A DNA stretch of 64,000 bases. Source: an uncultured Actinomycetes bacterium. GTDB taxonomy: Bacteria > Actinomycetota > Acidimicrobiia > Acidimicrobiales > JACCXE01. The stretch lies in the NCBI GenBank assembly GCA_963722185.1, contig CAVRKD010000001.1, positions 306,015 through 370,014 of the forward strand, read 5' to 3'. The notes under the pieces were generated by a model. That model made no database searches, was not told the DNA's origin, and worked only from the letters and a program-made list of their open reading frames with translations. This document shows, one piece after another, positions 41,954-50,803 of this stretch (the stretch's first letter is position 1; each line of letters starts with the position of its first letter). A program made the position numbers and the translations under genes.

Positions 41954-43890
41954 CGCGTCTGCGACGCGTCCGCCTCCTAGTCACCGCCGCGGCAGTCCTC
42001 GGCAGCGTGCTCACCTCTACGAGCGCGCACGCACAAACGTCTTCGTCGGTCAGCCCGCTGGTGCTGGAGAGCCAGACGCCGTGGGTGGGCGCCGGCGGGA
42101 CCTTCCAAATCCGCATCGCCGCGCCACCGCCGCAGCGCGTCGCGCCGAACGATCTCGAATACGCCGTGTCGATTCACCCGTCGTCGCCGTCGCGCAACGC
42201 GTTTGCCGCCACGCTGACAACGCGGGCTACGACGGCGGCGCTCGCCGTGGTCGTCACTGCGGTCCCCGAAGCTCCAGCCGACGAAACCGGCGCCGTCACC
42301 CTCGACGTCGGCGTGCAAGATCCGACGCTGCCGCGCGACCCGAAGCGCATCGGACTGCGCGGTGCCGGGGTGTATCCCGTCGCCGTGGAGCTGCGCACCG
42401 TCGGTGGAGCGGTGCACGCCCGCCTGCTGACCCACCTCATCTTCGTTCCGACGACACCAACCGGTCCGCGTCTCGCGGTCGGCGTCGTCGTTCCGGTGCG
42501 GGCCCCGCTGGCGCTGCAACCCAACGGCGAGGACGAACTCGCGCCCCGCGACGTCACCGCGATCACGAACGCCGCCCGGACGTTGGCCACGCTGCCCGCA
42601 CCCGGCGTCCTGCTCGCTCCATCACCGGAGACCCTCGCCGCGCTGCTGCGCGGGGGACGCCCCACCCAGGACGCGGTCGCCGCGCTGCGTGCCATAGCGG
42701 CGTCGCACACGATCATCCCGTCGCCATTCGTACCGACGCAGGCCTCGGCCGCGCCCGAGCGCGACCGCGAGGTCGCGCGCGATCGCGGGCGGGCGCTGGT
42801 CAGCCAGGCGTTCAGTCCCGCTGTGCTGACCGATATCGCTGTGGTCGAGCACGGCGGCGACGACCGCGTGGTCGGCGAGCTGCCGCCACGGTTGATCGTG
42901 ACCGACTCGGTACTACAGCCGGCATCGCTGCGGTTCACCACCGCCGAGCCGATCCTTGTACGCCGCAGTACCAGCCGAACGATCACCGCGCCGGCGCTCC
43001 TCGCCGACAAGGGCCTGGCGGCGCATCTCACGAACCGCGCCTCGCCCGTACTTTCGGCCCACCACCTCCTGGCCGACCTGGCGACGGTGTACTTCGACAG
43101 TCCGGGCCGCTTCCGCTCGATCGTCGTGCTGCCTTCGGACGAGTGGCGCGCCGACGCCGCAGTGCTCGCCCCTTTGATCGCCGCTCTGGCGTCGAGCCCG
43201 ATCCTCGAAGCCGCTGCCCCCGAGCGCCTCTTCGCACTGGCGACCAAGAAGACGCGGCCCAAGACTCGGATCCTGGTGACGCCACCCCTGCCGTCCTCAC
43301 TACCCGACGCTTTCACATCGGTACGCAGGACCGTCGAGTCGCTGCGATTGGTGATGGCCGACGCTCCCGCCACGTTGCAAAATCTCGACGACCGCATGCT
43401 GATCGCCGAGTCAGCCGCCTTCAGCCCATCCGAGCGCCGCAGCTACGTGTCCCGCCTGTCGAGTGCGATCACCGCTGAGCGCCGCCAGTTCCAACTACCC
43501 AAGGGCGGATCGCTCACACTGACCTCGCGCCGCGGCGCCATTCCCATCACCGTCAGATCAAGCGCTGGCTACCCGGCGCGCGTGCTCTTGCAGGTCGCCA
43601 GCGACCGCCTCAAATTCCCCGGCGGTGACACGCGCATGATGTTGCTGACGCGCCACGACACGACCGAGCGGTTCAACGTCCAGTCCCTCGGATCCGGCGC
43701 CTTCCCCTTGCGGATCCTGCTCAAGTCGCCTGACGGCAAGGTGCTTCTGAGCCAGACGCGCCTCACCGTGCGTTCGACGAACGCGTCCGGCGTCGGTGTG
43801 GCGCTGTCCGTCGGCGCCGGAGTGTTCTTGCTCGCCTGGTGGTACCGGTCCTCGCGGCGCCGGCGAGCGCTCCCTGCGGGAGCCGCGTGA
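41950..43890 (+). CDS. Secreted conserved protein with C-terminal TM anchor (Rv3909/DUF6049-like by position)
   Basis: GTGA overlap with the GNAT stop. Signal VRLLVTAAAVLGSVLTSTSAHA and C-terminal TM GVALSVGAGVFLLAWWY plus an RRRR tail. It sits immediately upstream of murJ, as in mycobacteria. Confidence 0.7.
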   Translation: MTRLRRVRLLVTAAAVLGSVLTSTSAHAQTSSSVSPLVLESQTPWVGAGGTFQIRIAAPPPQRVAPNDLEYAVSIHPSSPSRNAFAATLTTRATTAALAVVVTAVPEAPADETGAVTLDVGVQDPTLPRDPKRIGLRGAGVYPVAVELRTVGGAVHARLLTHLIFVPTTPTGPRLAVGVVVPVRAPLALQPNGEDELAPRDVTAITNAARTLATLPAPGVLLAPSPETLAALLRGGRPTQDAVAALRAIAASHTIIPSPFVPTQASAAPERDREVARDRGRALVSQAFSPAVLTDIAVVEHGGDDRVVGELPPRLIVTDSVLQPASLRFTTAEPILVRRSTSRTITAPALLADKGLAAHLTNRASPVLSAHHLLADLATVYFDSPGRFRSIVVLPSDEWRADAAVLAPLIAALASSPILEAAAPERLFALATKKTRPKTRILVTPPLPSSLPDAFTSVRRTVESLRLVMADAPATLQNLDDRMLIAESAAFSPSERRSYVSRLSSAITAERRQFQLPKGGSLTLTSRRGAIPITVRSSAGYPARVLLQVASDRLKFPGGDTRMMLLTRHDTTERFNVQSLGSGAFPLRILLKSPDGKVLLSQTRLTVRSTNASGVGVALSVGAGVFLLAWWYRSSRRRRALPAGAA

Positions 43891-45269
43891 CGGAGCCGCA
43901 GCAACCCGCGGTCAACCTCGGTCGCCGCAGCACGGTCATGGCGGCGGGCACGGTGGCCTCGCGGGCGACGGGATTCCTGCGCGTCCTCGCGTTGGGTTAC
44001 GCCCTCGGCTTCAACCGGCTGTCGGACGCGTACAACCTCGCCAACACGTTGCCGAACATCGTGTACGAGCTCGTGCTCGGCGGTGTGGTGAGCGCCACCC
44101 TCGTGCCGATCTTCGTGGGGCTATTCGAAGACGAAGCCGACGAGGATCCGTGGCGCGGCGTGGCCGCGATCACCTGGCTCGTGCTCGCGGTGACCGCGGG
44201 GCTCAGCGTGCTGTTCGCGCTGGCCGCGCCCCTACTGGCCTCGCCGTACGCCGCGCTCAACCACACGACGCAGGCCGCGGCGCAAAAGGACCTCACCGTC
44301 GCGCTGATGCGCTACTTCGCTCCGCAGGTCGTGCTGCTCGCGGGGATGGCCGTGGGTTCGGCCATCCTCAACGCCCGCCGTCGATTCGCCGCGCCGATGT
44401 TCGCCCCGGTGCTCAACAACGTCGTCGCCATCGCCGCGCTGATCGCGGCGCCACACTTCATCACCGACGCCGGCATGCGATCACTGCATCTCGGAACGGG
44501 ACTGATCGTGCTCGGTCTCGGGACGACGCTTGGTTACGTCGCACAACTACTCGGAATCGCGCCGTCGCTGCGGGCCATCGGCGCCAAGTTGCGCCCGGTG
44601 TGGGACCCCCACCACCCGGCAGTGCGCCGCGCCGCCGCTTTGTCGGGTTGGACCTTCGGCTTCGTCGTCGCCAACCAGGTGGCGTACTTGATCGTGGTCG
44701 CGCTGGCCAACCGTCGCGGCGGCGAACTCTCGAGCTACCAGGCCGCCTTCCAGTTCTTTCAGTTGCCACACGCGGTGATCGCCGTCTCGATCACCGGCGC
44801 CCTCCTGCCCGAACTCAGCGTGGCCGCGGCGCGCGCCGATGCCGCCGCCTTCGACGCCCTGTTCCGCCGCGGGCTGCGCGTTATCGCCACCTTCCTGATT
44901 CCGGCGGCGGTCGTCGCCGCCGTGTTCGCTACCCCCCTGCTGCGGCCCCTGATCGCCCACGGCGAGCTCACGGACAACGCACTCGAGACAACGGCGTCGA
45001 CCCTCTCTGCCTTTGCTCTCGGCCTGCCCGGCTTCTCAGCGTTCATCCTGTGCACCCGCGCCTTGCAAGCCCGTCGCGACACGCGGCGCGTGTTCTATCT
45101 GTACGTCGTCGAGAACGGAATCAACGTGGCGTTGGCTCTCGCGCTGTATCCGTCGCTACACGTGCGCGGGCTCGCGCTGAGCTACTCCGCGGCGTACACC
45201 ATCAGCGCGGTTCTCGCGGCGGTTACCGTTTGGCGCGTGAACGGGTCCAACCCGTTGACTACTGCTTGA
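43887..45269 (+). CDS. murJ: Lipid II flippase MurJ/MviN (flippase domain only, ~460 aa)
   Basis: GTGA overlap with the upstream gene. N-terminus MAAGTVASRATGFLRVLALGYALG...LANTLPNIVYELVLGGV and multiple TM segments. Confidence 0.88.
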   Translation: MTEPQQPAVNLGRRSTVMAAGTVASRATGFLRVLALGYALGFNRLSDAYNLANTLPNIVYELVLGGVVSATLVPIFVGLFEDEADEDPWRGVAAITWLVLAVTAGLSVLFALAAPLLASPYAALNHTTQAAAQKDLTVALMRYFAPQVVLLAGMAVGSAILNARRRFAAPMFAPVLNNVVAIAALIAAPHFITDAGMRSLHLGTGLIVLGLGTTLGYVAQLLGIAPSLRAIGAKLRPVWDPHHPAVRRAAALSGWTFGFVVANQVAYLIVVALANRRGGELSSYQAAFQFFQLPHAVIAVSITGALLPELSVAAARADAAAFDALFRRGLRVIATFLIPAAVVAAVFATPLLRPLIAHGELTDNALETTASTLSAFALGLPGFSAFILCTRALQARRDTRRVFYLYVVENGINVALALALYPSLHVRGLALSYSAAYTISAVLAAVTVWRVNGSNPLTTA

Positions 45270-45278
45270 GAGGACCTT

Positions 45279-46136
45279 ATGGCTGGCATTCGCATCATCA
45301 CCGACAGCGCCTGCGACCTTCCGGAGGCGACGGCGGTTGAACACAAGATCGACATCGTGCCGCTCACCGTCCGCATCGGTGACACCGAATTCGTCGACCG
45401 CCGCGACCTGACGCCCAAGGAGTTCTGGACCAAACAGAGTGCTTCGAAGCAGCTGCCGGAAACCGCCGCGCCATCACCCGGCGCCTTCGAAGAAGCATTC
45501 CGCGCCGCGGCGGCCCAAGGCGCCGACGGCGTCGTCTGCATCACGCTGTCTTCCGATCTCTCGGCCACCTTCCAGTCGGCCCAGCTCGCCGCCGAGGCGG
45601 TGAAGGACGCCGTCAAGGTACGAGTGATCGACAGCCGCACCGTCACCATCGCGCAGGGTCTGCTGGCCGTGGCTGGAGCCGAGGCGGCGGCCGCCGGCCA
45701 GTCGATCGAGCAGATTGTCGCCATCGTCGAAGACAAGATCCCGCGCATGCGCGTGTTCGCCGCACTCGACACCCTCGAGAACCTCAAGAAAGGCGGCCGC
45801 ATCGGGGCGGCGCGCGCCGCGCTCGGCTCCATGCTTTCGGTCAAGCCGCTGATCAAAGTCGAGGATGGCGCCGTCGCCGAAGAAGGCAAGCAACGCACGC
45901 GCGGACGCTCGCTCGAGCACCTCATCGACTTGGGCAGGCAACACGGCGCGGCTACCGCCAAGCCGCTCGCGGTCATGCACGGCGACGCGCCCGACATCGA
46001 CAAGTTCGTCGACGACCTGTGCGCGGCGCTCGGCCGCACCCGCGACGAGATCCTTCTCGGTGACATCGGCTCGGTCGTGGGCACCCACGCGGGACCGCGC
46101 GTCATCGGCCTCGCCTACGACGAGTTGTCCAGCTAA
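45279..46136 (+). CDS. DegV-family fatty-acid-binding protein
   Basis: IRIITDSACDLP start, ETAAPSPGAF and a GTHAGPRVIG ending. 285 aa. Confidence 0.88.
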   Translation: MAGIRIITDSACDLPEATAVEHKIDIVPLTVRIGDTEFVDRRDLTPKEFWTKQSASKQLPETAAPSPGAFEEAFRAAAAQGADGVVCITLSSDLSATFQSAQLAAEAVKDAVKVRVIDSRTVTIAQGLLAVAGAEAAAAGQSIEQIVAIVEDKIPRMRVFAALDTLENLKKGGRIGAARAALGSMLSVKPLIKVEDGAVAEEGKQRTRGRSLEHLIDLGRQHGAATAKPLAVMHGDAPDIDKFVDDLCAALGRTRDEILLGDIGSVVGTHAGPRVIGLAYDELSS

Positions 46137-46141
46137 GGAGC

Positions 46142-47398
46142 TTGATTCGCAACGTGGCTGGCGACGCGACCATCGTCACCGGACGGCGCGTCGCTGACCG
46201 CTATCGACTGATCGCGCCACGGGGCGACGGCGCCTGGAACGCCGTCGACGAGACCTTGAAGCGCAACGTGGTCGTGCATCTCCTCAGGGCCGACGCCGCC
46301 GCCGACGCCAAGACCCACTTCGCCGCCGAAGCGCGATCGCTGGCGCGTCTCAACCATCGGAACGTGGTCGCCACCTATGACACGGGTGTCGACGGCGACG
46401 GGACCAGCTACCGCGTCGACGAGCTCGCCGGTGGTGAGCCGCTCGATCTCTCGGCGGTGGCAAACCAGCGACGCTTGGCCTACGCCGTGCAGATCGCCCG
46501 CGCCATCGCCGACGCCCACGACCGCGGCCTCATTCACGGCCGGCTCACGTCGAGCAGCGTGCTTGTCGACGACGAAGGACGGGTGCAGGTCCGCGGCCTG
46601 CGGCTCCCACCTCCCGACGATGCGCTCGAAGACGCCCCGCAAATCGACATTCACGCGCTCACGAATCTCATCGCCGCCCTGGCGCCGTCCACGGCGTCGC
46701 CGTTGCGGGACCTCGCCGTCGGCTGGCGCACCGATACCCCACCGAGCGCCGCCTCGGTGCTCAGCGCGCTCGAAGCCATACCTGAAGACGTCGACGCCGA
46801 GATCCCCGAGCCGCCACGGCCTACGCCGTCCGCCGGAGTCCCCGCCGTCTCAAGCCGTCGCCGCGGGCGCCAACTGCTGATTCTGGGAGCGGCGGTCATC
46901 GTCGCTGCGCTCATCGCCGCCGTCGCGTTGCCGGCGCGGAACAGCGGCGCACCCAGCGGCGAATCCCACGCCCTCACGCTGACGGCGACCTCCTTCGACC
47001 CTGAGGCGAAACCGCCGACGGAGAACGAGGCCGAGGCCCGTTTCGCCGTCGACAACGACGAGACCACCCGGTGGTCGACCGAGCGATATCGCCGCGCGAA
47101 CTTCGGCAACCTCAAGGACGGTGTCGGCCTGGTGCTGCGCACCGACTCCTCGGCCGCGTTCGACCAAGTGACGATCACCAGCCCCACCAGCGGCTGGAAG
47201 GTGGAGATCTACGCGGCCGAACAGCCGGCCGCCGCCCTGTCGGGATGGGGAGAACCGATCGCCCGCGCCGATGTCAACGGCGACGCCACGCTCGAGCTGG
47301 GCGGTGCCGAAGGTGCCGCACTGCTCGTATGGATCACAGATCCCGGACCGAGCCGGCAAGTCCGCATCAACGAGATCCGAGCCCAGGGCCGCACCTAA
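46142..47398 (+). CDS. Pseudokinase (Ser/Thr-kinase-like) - TM - extracellular discoidin/CBM-like domain protein (MviN C-terminal module as a separate gene)
   Basis: Kinase-like fold with key residues lost: VVVHLL in place of VAIK, LIHGRLTSSSVLV in place of HRDxKxxN, RGL in place of DFG. TM helix LLILGAAVIVAALIAAVAL. C-terminal ...RFAVDNDETTRWSTE...VRINEIR. Confidence 0.8.
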   Translation: MIRNVAGDATIVTGRRVADRYRLIAPRGDGAWNAVDETLKRNVVVHLLRADAAADAKTHFAAEARSLARLNHRNVVATYDTGVDGDGTSYRVDELAGGEPLDLSAVANQRRLAYAVQIARAIADAHDRGLIHGRLTSSSVLVDDEGRVQVRGLRLPPPDDALEDAPQIDIHALTNLIAALAPSTASPLRDLAVGWRTDTPPSAASVLSALEAIPEDVDAEIPEPPRPTPSAGVPAVSSRRRGRQLLILGAAVIVAALIAAVALPARNSGAPSGESHALTLTATSFDPEAKPPTENEAEARFAVDNDETTRWSTERYRRANFGNLKDGVGLVLRTDSSAAFDQVTITSPTSGWKVEIYAAEQPAAALSGWGEPIARADVNGDATLELGGAEGAALLVWITDPGPSRQVRINEIRAQGRT

Positions 47399-47973
47399 TG
47401 GAGGCCACGCGCGCGGCAGAAGACGACCAGGTCGCGGCCGCGCAAGGCGGTGACCGGCGCGCCCTCGACTCGCTTCTGCGTACGCACTACGACCGCCTCT
47501 ACGCCGTCTGCCGCCGGCTAACCGGCAACGACACCGACGCCGCCGACGCCTGCCAGGAAGCGCTCATAGCGATCGTCCGCAACCTGCACCGCTTCGACGG
47601 GCGCAGTCGCTTCGGCACGTGGAGCTACCGCATCGCCGTCAACGCCAGCCTCGACGAGCTGCGGCGACGCCGCCGGCGGCCCCAGGCGACCGACGAGGCC
47701 AGACTCGACGTCGGCACGGCGACGGTGACCGACCTCTCCAGCGGTGTAGTTGACCGCATCACGCTCGACGCTGCCCTGGCCGGGCTTTCACCGGAGTTCC
47801 GGGCGGCGGTCGTGCTGCGCGACGTCGCCGGGCTCGACTACGCCGAGATCGCGACGGCCCTCGAGATCCCGCCGGGCACCGTTCGCAGCCGCATCGCCCG
47901 CGGCCGGGCGGCACTGGCTGACGCCCTCGGGGAACCCCCGGCCATTCACGGGACGTCTAAGGAGACGCCATGA
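47398..47973 (+). CDS. ECF sigma factor (SigM-like by synteny)
   Basis: TAATG junction with the upstream gene. Region 2 DACQEALIAIVRNLHRFDGRSRFGTWSYRIAVNASLDELRRR and region 4 LDYAEIATALEIPPGTVRSRIARGR. Confidence 0.88.
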   Translation: MEATRAAEDDQVAAAQGGDRRALDSLLRTHYDRLYAVCRRLTGNDTDAADACQEALIAIVRNLHRFDGRSRFGTWSYRIAVNASLDELRRRRRRPQATDEARLDVGTATVTDLSSGVVDRITLDAALAGLSPEFRAAVVLRDVAGLDYAEIATALEIPPGTVRSRIARGRAALADALGEPPAIHGTSKETP

Positions 47974-48827
47974 CGCACGTGTCCGACGAATTCCTGAGCG
48001 CAACGCTGGATTATGAGGTTGCCCCGGCCTCGGACGACGCCGCGCATTTGGACGGATGCGCGCAGTGCCAGGATCGACTCGGCGTGCTGCGTGGCGTGGC
48101 CCTGGCTTTGGCATCTCATACGACGGTGCCCGCGGCTCATTTGCGCGAAGCGGCGGTGGCGGCCGCTGTTGTCGAGACCACGGGCGCCACCGCGACGATG
48201 CGCCGACTCATCCGGTCGAATCGCAACCGCCCCGCCGCTTCGCGCGCACCGGCTCGCCGGATAAGCCCGATTTCGGCGGCGGCGGCGCTCGTGGTGGCAC
48301 TGGCCGTGGGCGGGTGGGCGCTCAGCCAAACCGGGAGTGGCACTGGCACGGACCCCACGACGTTCGCCGGCCCCGAGCAGCAATCCAAGTCCGCGGCCGC
48401 CGACCTGTCCGCAACCGCGCCGACCGATGCGTTCGCCGATTCGACCGCCGGAGGCCCCGAATCGGGGGGCGGATCCGGCGAGGAGGTCCCGCTGGGTGCC
48501 GATGAGACCAGTTCGATGATCGCCGCCGGTTACGACGCCGGCGCCATCGGCGCGTACTCCGACATCGCCGACGTCGCCACGCGAGCAAATCAAGACCTCG
48601 AGAAGTCGTCGGAGGAAAAAGCCGAGCACCCCTACGTCGCCACACCGCCATGCCCGGTTCCGGAAGGCCAAGGCCTCGAGTGGCACGCGTCGCTGACCTT
48701 CGACGGCGTCGCCGCCTACGCGCGGGTGCTGACGGTTACGGCGTCGAGTCGGATTCTTCAGGTGCTGGCGCAAGCAGACTGCGCGGAACTCGCGACCCAA
48801 GAGATCGCACCCACCACCCCGCGCTAA
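47970..48827 (+). CDS. Anti-sigma factor-like protein (zf-HC2-like N-terminus, one TM)
   Basis: ATGA overlap with the sigma gene. HLDGCAQCQDRL motif and TM helix ISAAAALVVALAVGGWAL. Confidence 0.7.
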   Translation: MTHVSDEFLSATLDYEVAPASDDAAHLDGCAQCQDRLGVLRGVALALASHTTVPAAHLREAAVAAAVVETTGATATMRRLIRSNRNRPAASRAPARRISPISAAAALVVALAVGGWALSQTGSGTGTDPTTFAGPEQQSKSAAADLSATAPTDAFADSTAGGPESGGGSGEEVPLGADETSSMIAAGYDAGAIGAYSDIADVATRANQDLEKSSEEKAEHPYVATPPCPVPEGQGLEWHASLTFDGVAAYARVLTVTASSRILQVLAQADCAELATQEIAPTTPR

Positions 48828-49116
48828 CCAGCGCGATGCCCGACGCCACCCAGCGCATGCCGGCGATCCAACCGACGCGGTCGCCCGCCTCGATGTAGGC
48901 GGCCCACGTCATCCCTAACGCAGCGGCGAGGGCCGTCACGCCGACCAACAACCAGTCGCTGCTCCGGCCCGCGGTGATGGCCGCTTCGGCCACGAACAGC
49001 CCGAACAAGACTCCGGCGATCACAGCCGTCACACCGTGCAACGGATGCTCCCCCATGATGAGCCCGCCGAGCGCGGCTACCACCACCGCCGCAACACAAC
49101 CGAAGATCACACGCAT
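48736..49116 (-). CDS. Small 4-TM membrane protein (hypothetical)
   Basis: Four clear hydrophobic helices. Its 3' end overlaps the convergent anti-sigma gene by 92 nt. Confidence 0.5.
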   Translation of the reverse strand: MRVIFGCVAAVVVAALGGLIMGEHPLHGVTAVIAGVLFGLFVAEAAITAGRSSDWLLVGVTALAAALGMTWAAYIEAGDRVGWIAGMRWVASGIALVSAGWWVRSLGSRVPRSLLAPAPEESDSTP

Positions 49117-49144
49117 TGAACGCGAACGGTAGCGTCACCGCCCA

Positions 49145-49450
49145 ATGGCCGAACCGTCACCCGTCCGCAAGGACGACTGGATCACGCAGATACTCGACAA
49201 GCTCGACGAGGGCATCGAGTTCGTCCGCTCCAAGACCACCGAGCCGCTGGCCAAAGTGGCGCGGTACCTGGTGTACCTGGTGCTGTTCACCGTTGTCGGC
49301 GTCACGCTCATCACGTTGCTGATCATCCTCACCGTGCGCGCTGTCGCCTACATCCCGGGCCCGATGTGGACCGGCTACGCGGGAATCTCGGTGTTGTGTC
49401 TGCTGTTGGGAACGTTCTTCTGGCGAAAGGCAATGAGGGCCACTCGATGA
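49145..49450 (+). CDS. Small 2-TM membrane protein (hypothetical)
   Basis: 101 aa with a charged N-terminus and two TM helices. It has an ATGA overlap with the trxB start. Confidence 0.55.
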   Translation: MAEPSPVRKDDWITQILDKLDEGIEFVRSKTTEPLAKVARYLVYLVLFTVVGVTLITLLIILTVRAVAYIPGPMWTGYAGISVLCLLLGTFFWRKAMRATR

Positions 49451-50397
49451 GCAGCCATAGAAGAGTTGTGATCGTTGGATCCGGGCCCGCCGGCCTCACC
49501 GCGGCGATCTACGCCGCCCGGGCCAACCTGGCGCCGCTGGTGATCGAAGGCGAACCCTCCTCCGACAGCGACCAGCCCGGCGGCCAGCTCATGCTGACCA
49601 CCGAAGTAGAGAACTTTCCCGGCTTCCCCGACGGGATCATGGGCCCCGAGTTGATGCAGAACTGCCGCCTGCAGGCCGAACGCTTCGGCGCGGAGTTCCT
49701 CACCGCCAAAGTAACCAGCGTCGACGTCGCCAGCCGCCCCTTCACCCTCGAGACGACCGTCGGTGAGACCTTCGGCGCCGACGCCGTCATCGTGGCCACC
49801 GGTGCGCGCTCGCTCATGCTCGGCCTCGAAGCAGAGAAGCGCCTGCTGGGCTACGGCTTGTCGACCTGCGCCACCTGCGACGGCTTCTTCCACCGCGGTT
49901 TCGAGGTGGCGGTGGTCGGCGGTGGTGACTCGGCGCTCGAAGAGGCGATGTTCCTGTCGAAGTTCGCCACCAAGGTCCACGTCATCCATCGCCGCGACCA
50001 GCTGCGCGCCTCGAAGATCATGGCCGACCGGGCGCGCGCCAACCCGAAGCTCGAGTTCGTGTGGAACTCCGTCGTCACCGACCTCACAGGCGACCCGACA
50101 CTTGAGTCAGCCCAGCTGCGCAACACCGTCACGGGCGAAGAGTCGACGCTTCCCGTGCACGGCCTGTTTGTCGCCATCGGCCACGTCCCCAACACCGACG
50201 TGTTCACCGGGTTCCTCGACCACGAGGACAACGGCTACCTCAAGACGATCGGCAACTCGACGTTCACCAACGTCGAGGGCATCTTCGCCTGCGGTGACGT
50301 GCAGGACCACGTGTACCGGCAGGCGATCACCGCCGCCGGTTCGGGCTGCATGGCCGCCATCGACTGCGAACGCTGGTTGGAATCCCAACACGGGTGA
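49447..50397 (+). CDS. trxB: Thioredoxin-disulfide reductase
   Basis: FAD motif VVIVGSGPAGLTAAIYAAR, redox-active CATCDG, NADPH motif VVGGGDSALEEA. Confidence 0.95.
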   Translation: MSSHRRVVIVGSGPAGLTAAIYAARANLAPLVIEGEPSSDSDQPGGQLMLTTEVENFPGFPDGIMGPELMQNCRLQAERFGAEFLTAKVTSVDVASRPFTLETTVGETFGADAVIVATGARSLMLGLEAEKRLLGYGLSTCATCDGFFHRGFEVAVVGGGDSALEEAMFLSKFATKVHVIHRRDQLRASKIMADRARANPKLEFVWNSVVTDLTGDPTLESAQLRNTVTGEESTLPVHGLFVAIGHVPNTDVFTGFLDHEDNGYLKTIGNSTFTNVEGIFACGDVQDHVYRQAITAAGSGCMAAIDCERWLESQHG

Positions 50398-50476
50398 CGG
50401 AATACGCCGACGTACCTCGTTGGTTGAAGACCTGACCGGGTACGATTTGACCCGAGAGAGCGCCTCAGGAGGGCCC

Positions 50477-50803
50477 GTGTCCGACAATCTGTTGACCCTT
50501 ACCGACTCCAACTTCGACGAGACGTTGGTTGGCGCCGACACTCCTGTGTTGGTCGACTTTTGGGCCGAGTGGTGCGGGCCGTGCAAGACCATCGCCCCGA
50601 TCCTCGAGCAAATCGCGACCGAGCGCGAAGGCCGCATCACTATCGGCAAGCTCAATATCGACGACAACCTGGCCACCCAGGCGCGGTTCGACGTCATGAG
50701 CATCCCCACCCTGATCCTGTTCAAGGGTGGCGAACCGATCCACCGCCTCGTAGGTGCCAAGGGCAAGGGCCAGCTGCTCGAGGAGCTCGACCGGTATCTC
50801 TAG
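50477..50803 (+). CDS. trxA: Thioredoxin
   Basis: GTG preceded by an AGGAGG RBS. Active site WAEWCGPCK. 108 aa. Confidence 0.95.
   Translation: MSDNLLTLTDSNFDETLVGADTPVLVDFWAEWCGPCKTIAPILEQIATEREGRITIGKLNIDDNLATQARFDVMSIPTLILFKGGEPIHRLVGAKGKGQLLEELDRYL

Noticed and set aside
48736-48827. 92-nt convergent overlap between the anti-sigma gene and the small 4-TM ORF.
   Set aside because: It probably reflects either a genuine overlap or an over-long call of one low-confidence ORF. There is nothing further to test from sequence alone.
50419-50452. 6-bp inverted repeat CGTACC / GGTACG with a 22-nt spacer in the trxB-trxA gap.
   Set aside because: The stem is too short to be statistically meaningful at this GC content. 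It may be a weak attenuator but cannot be supported.
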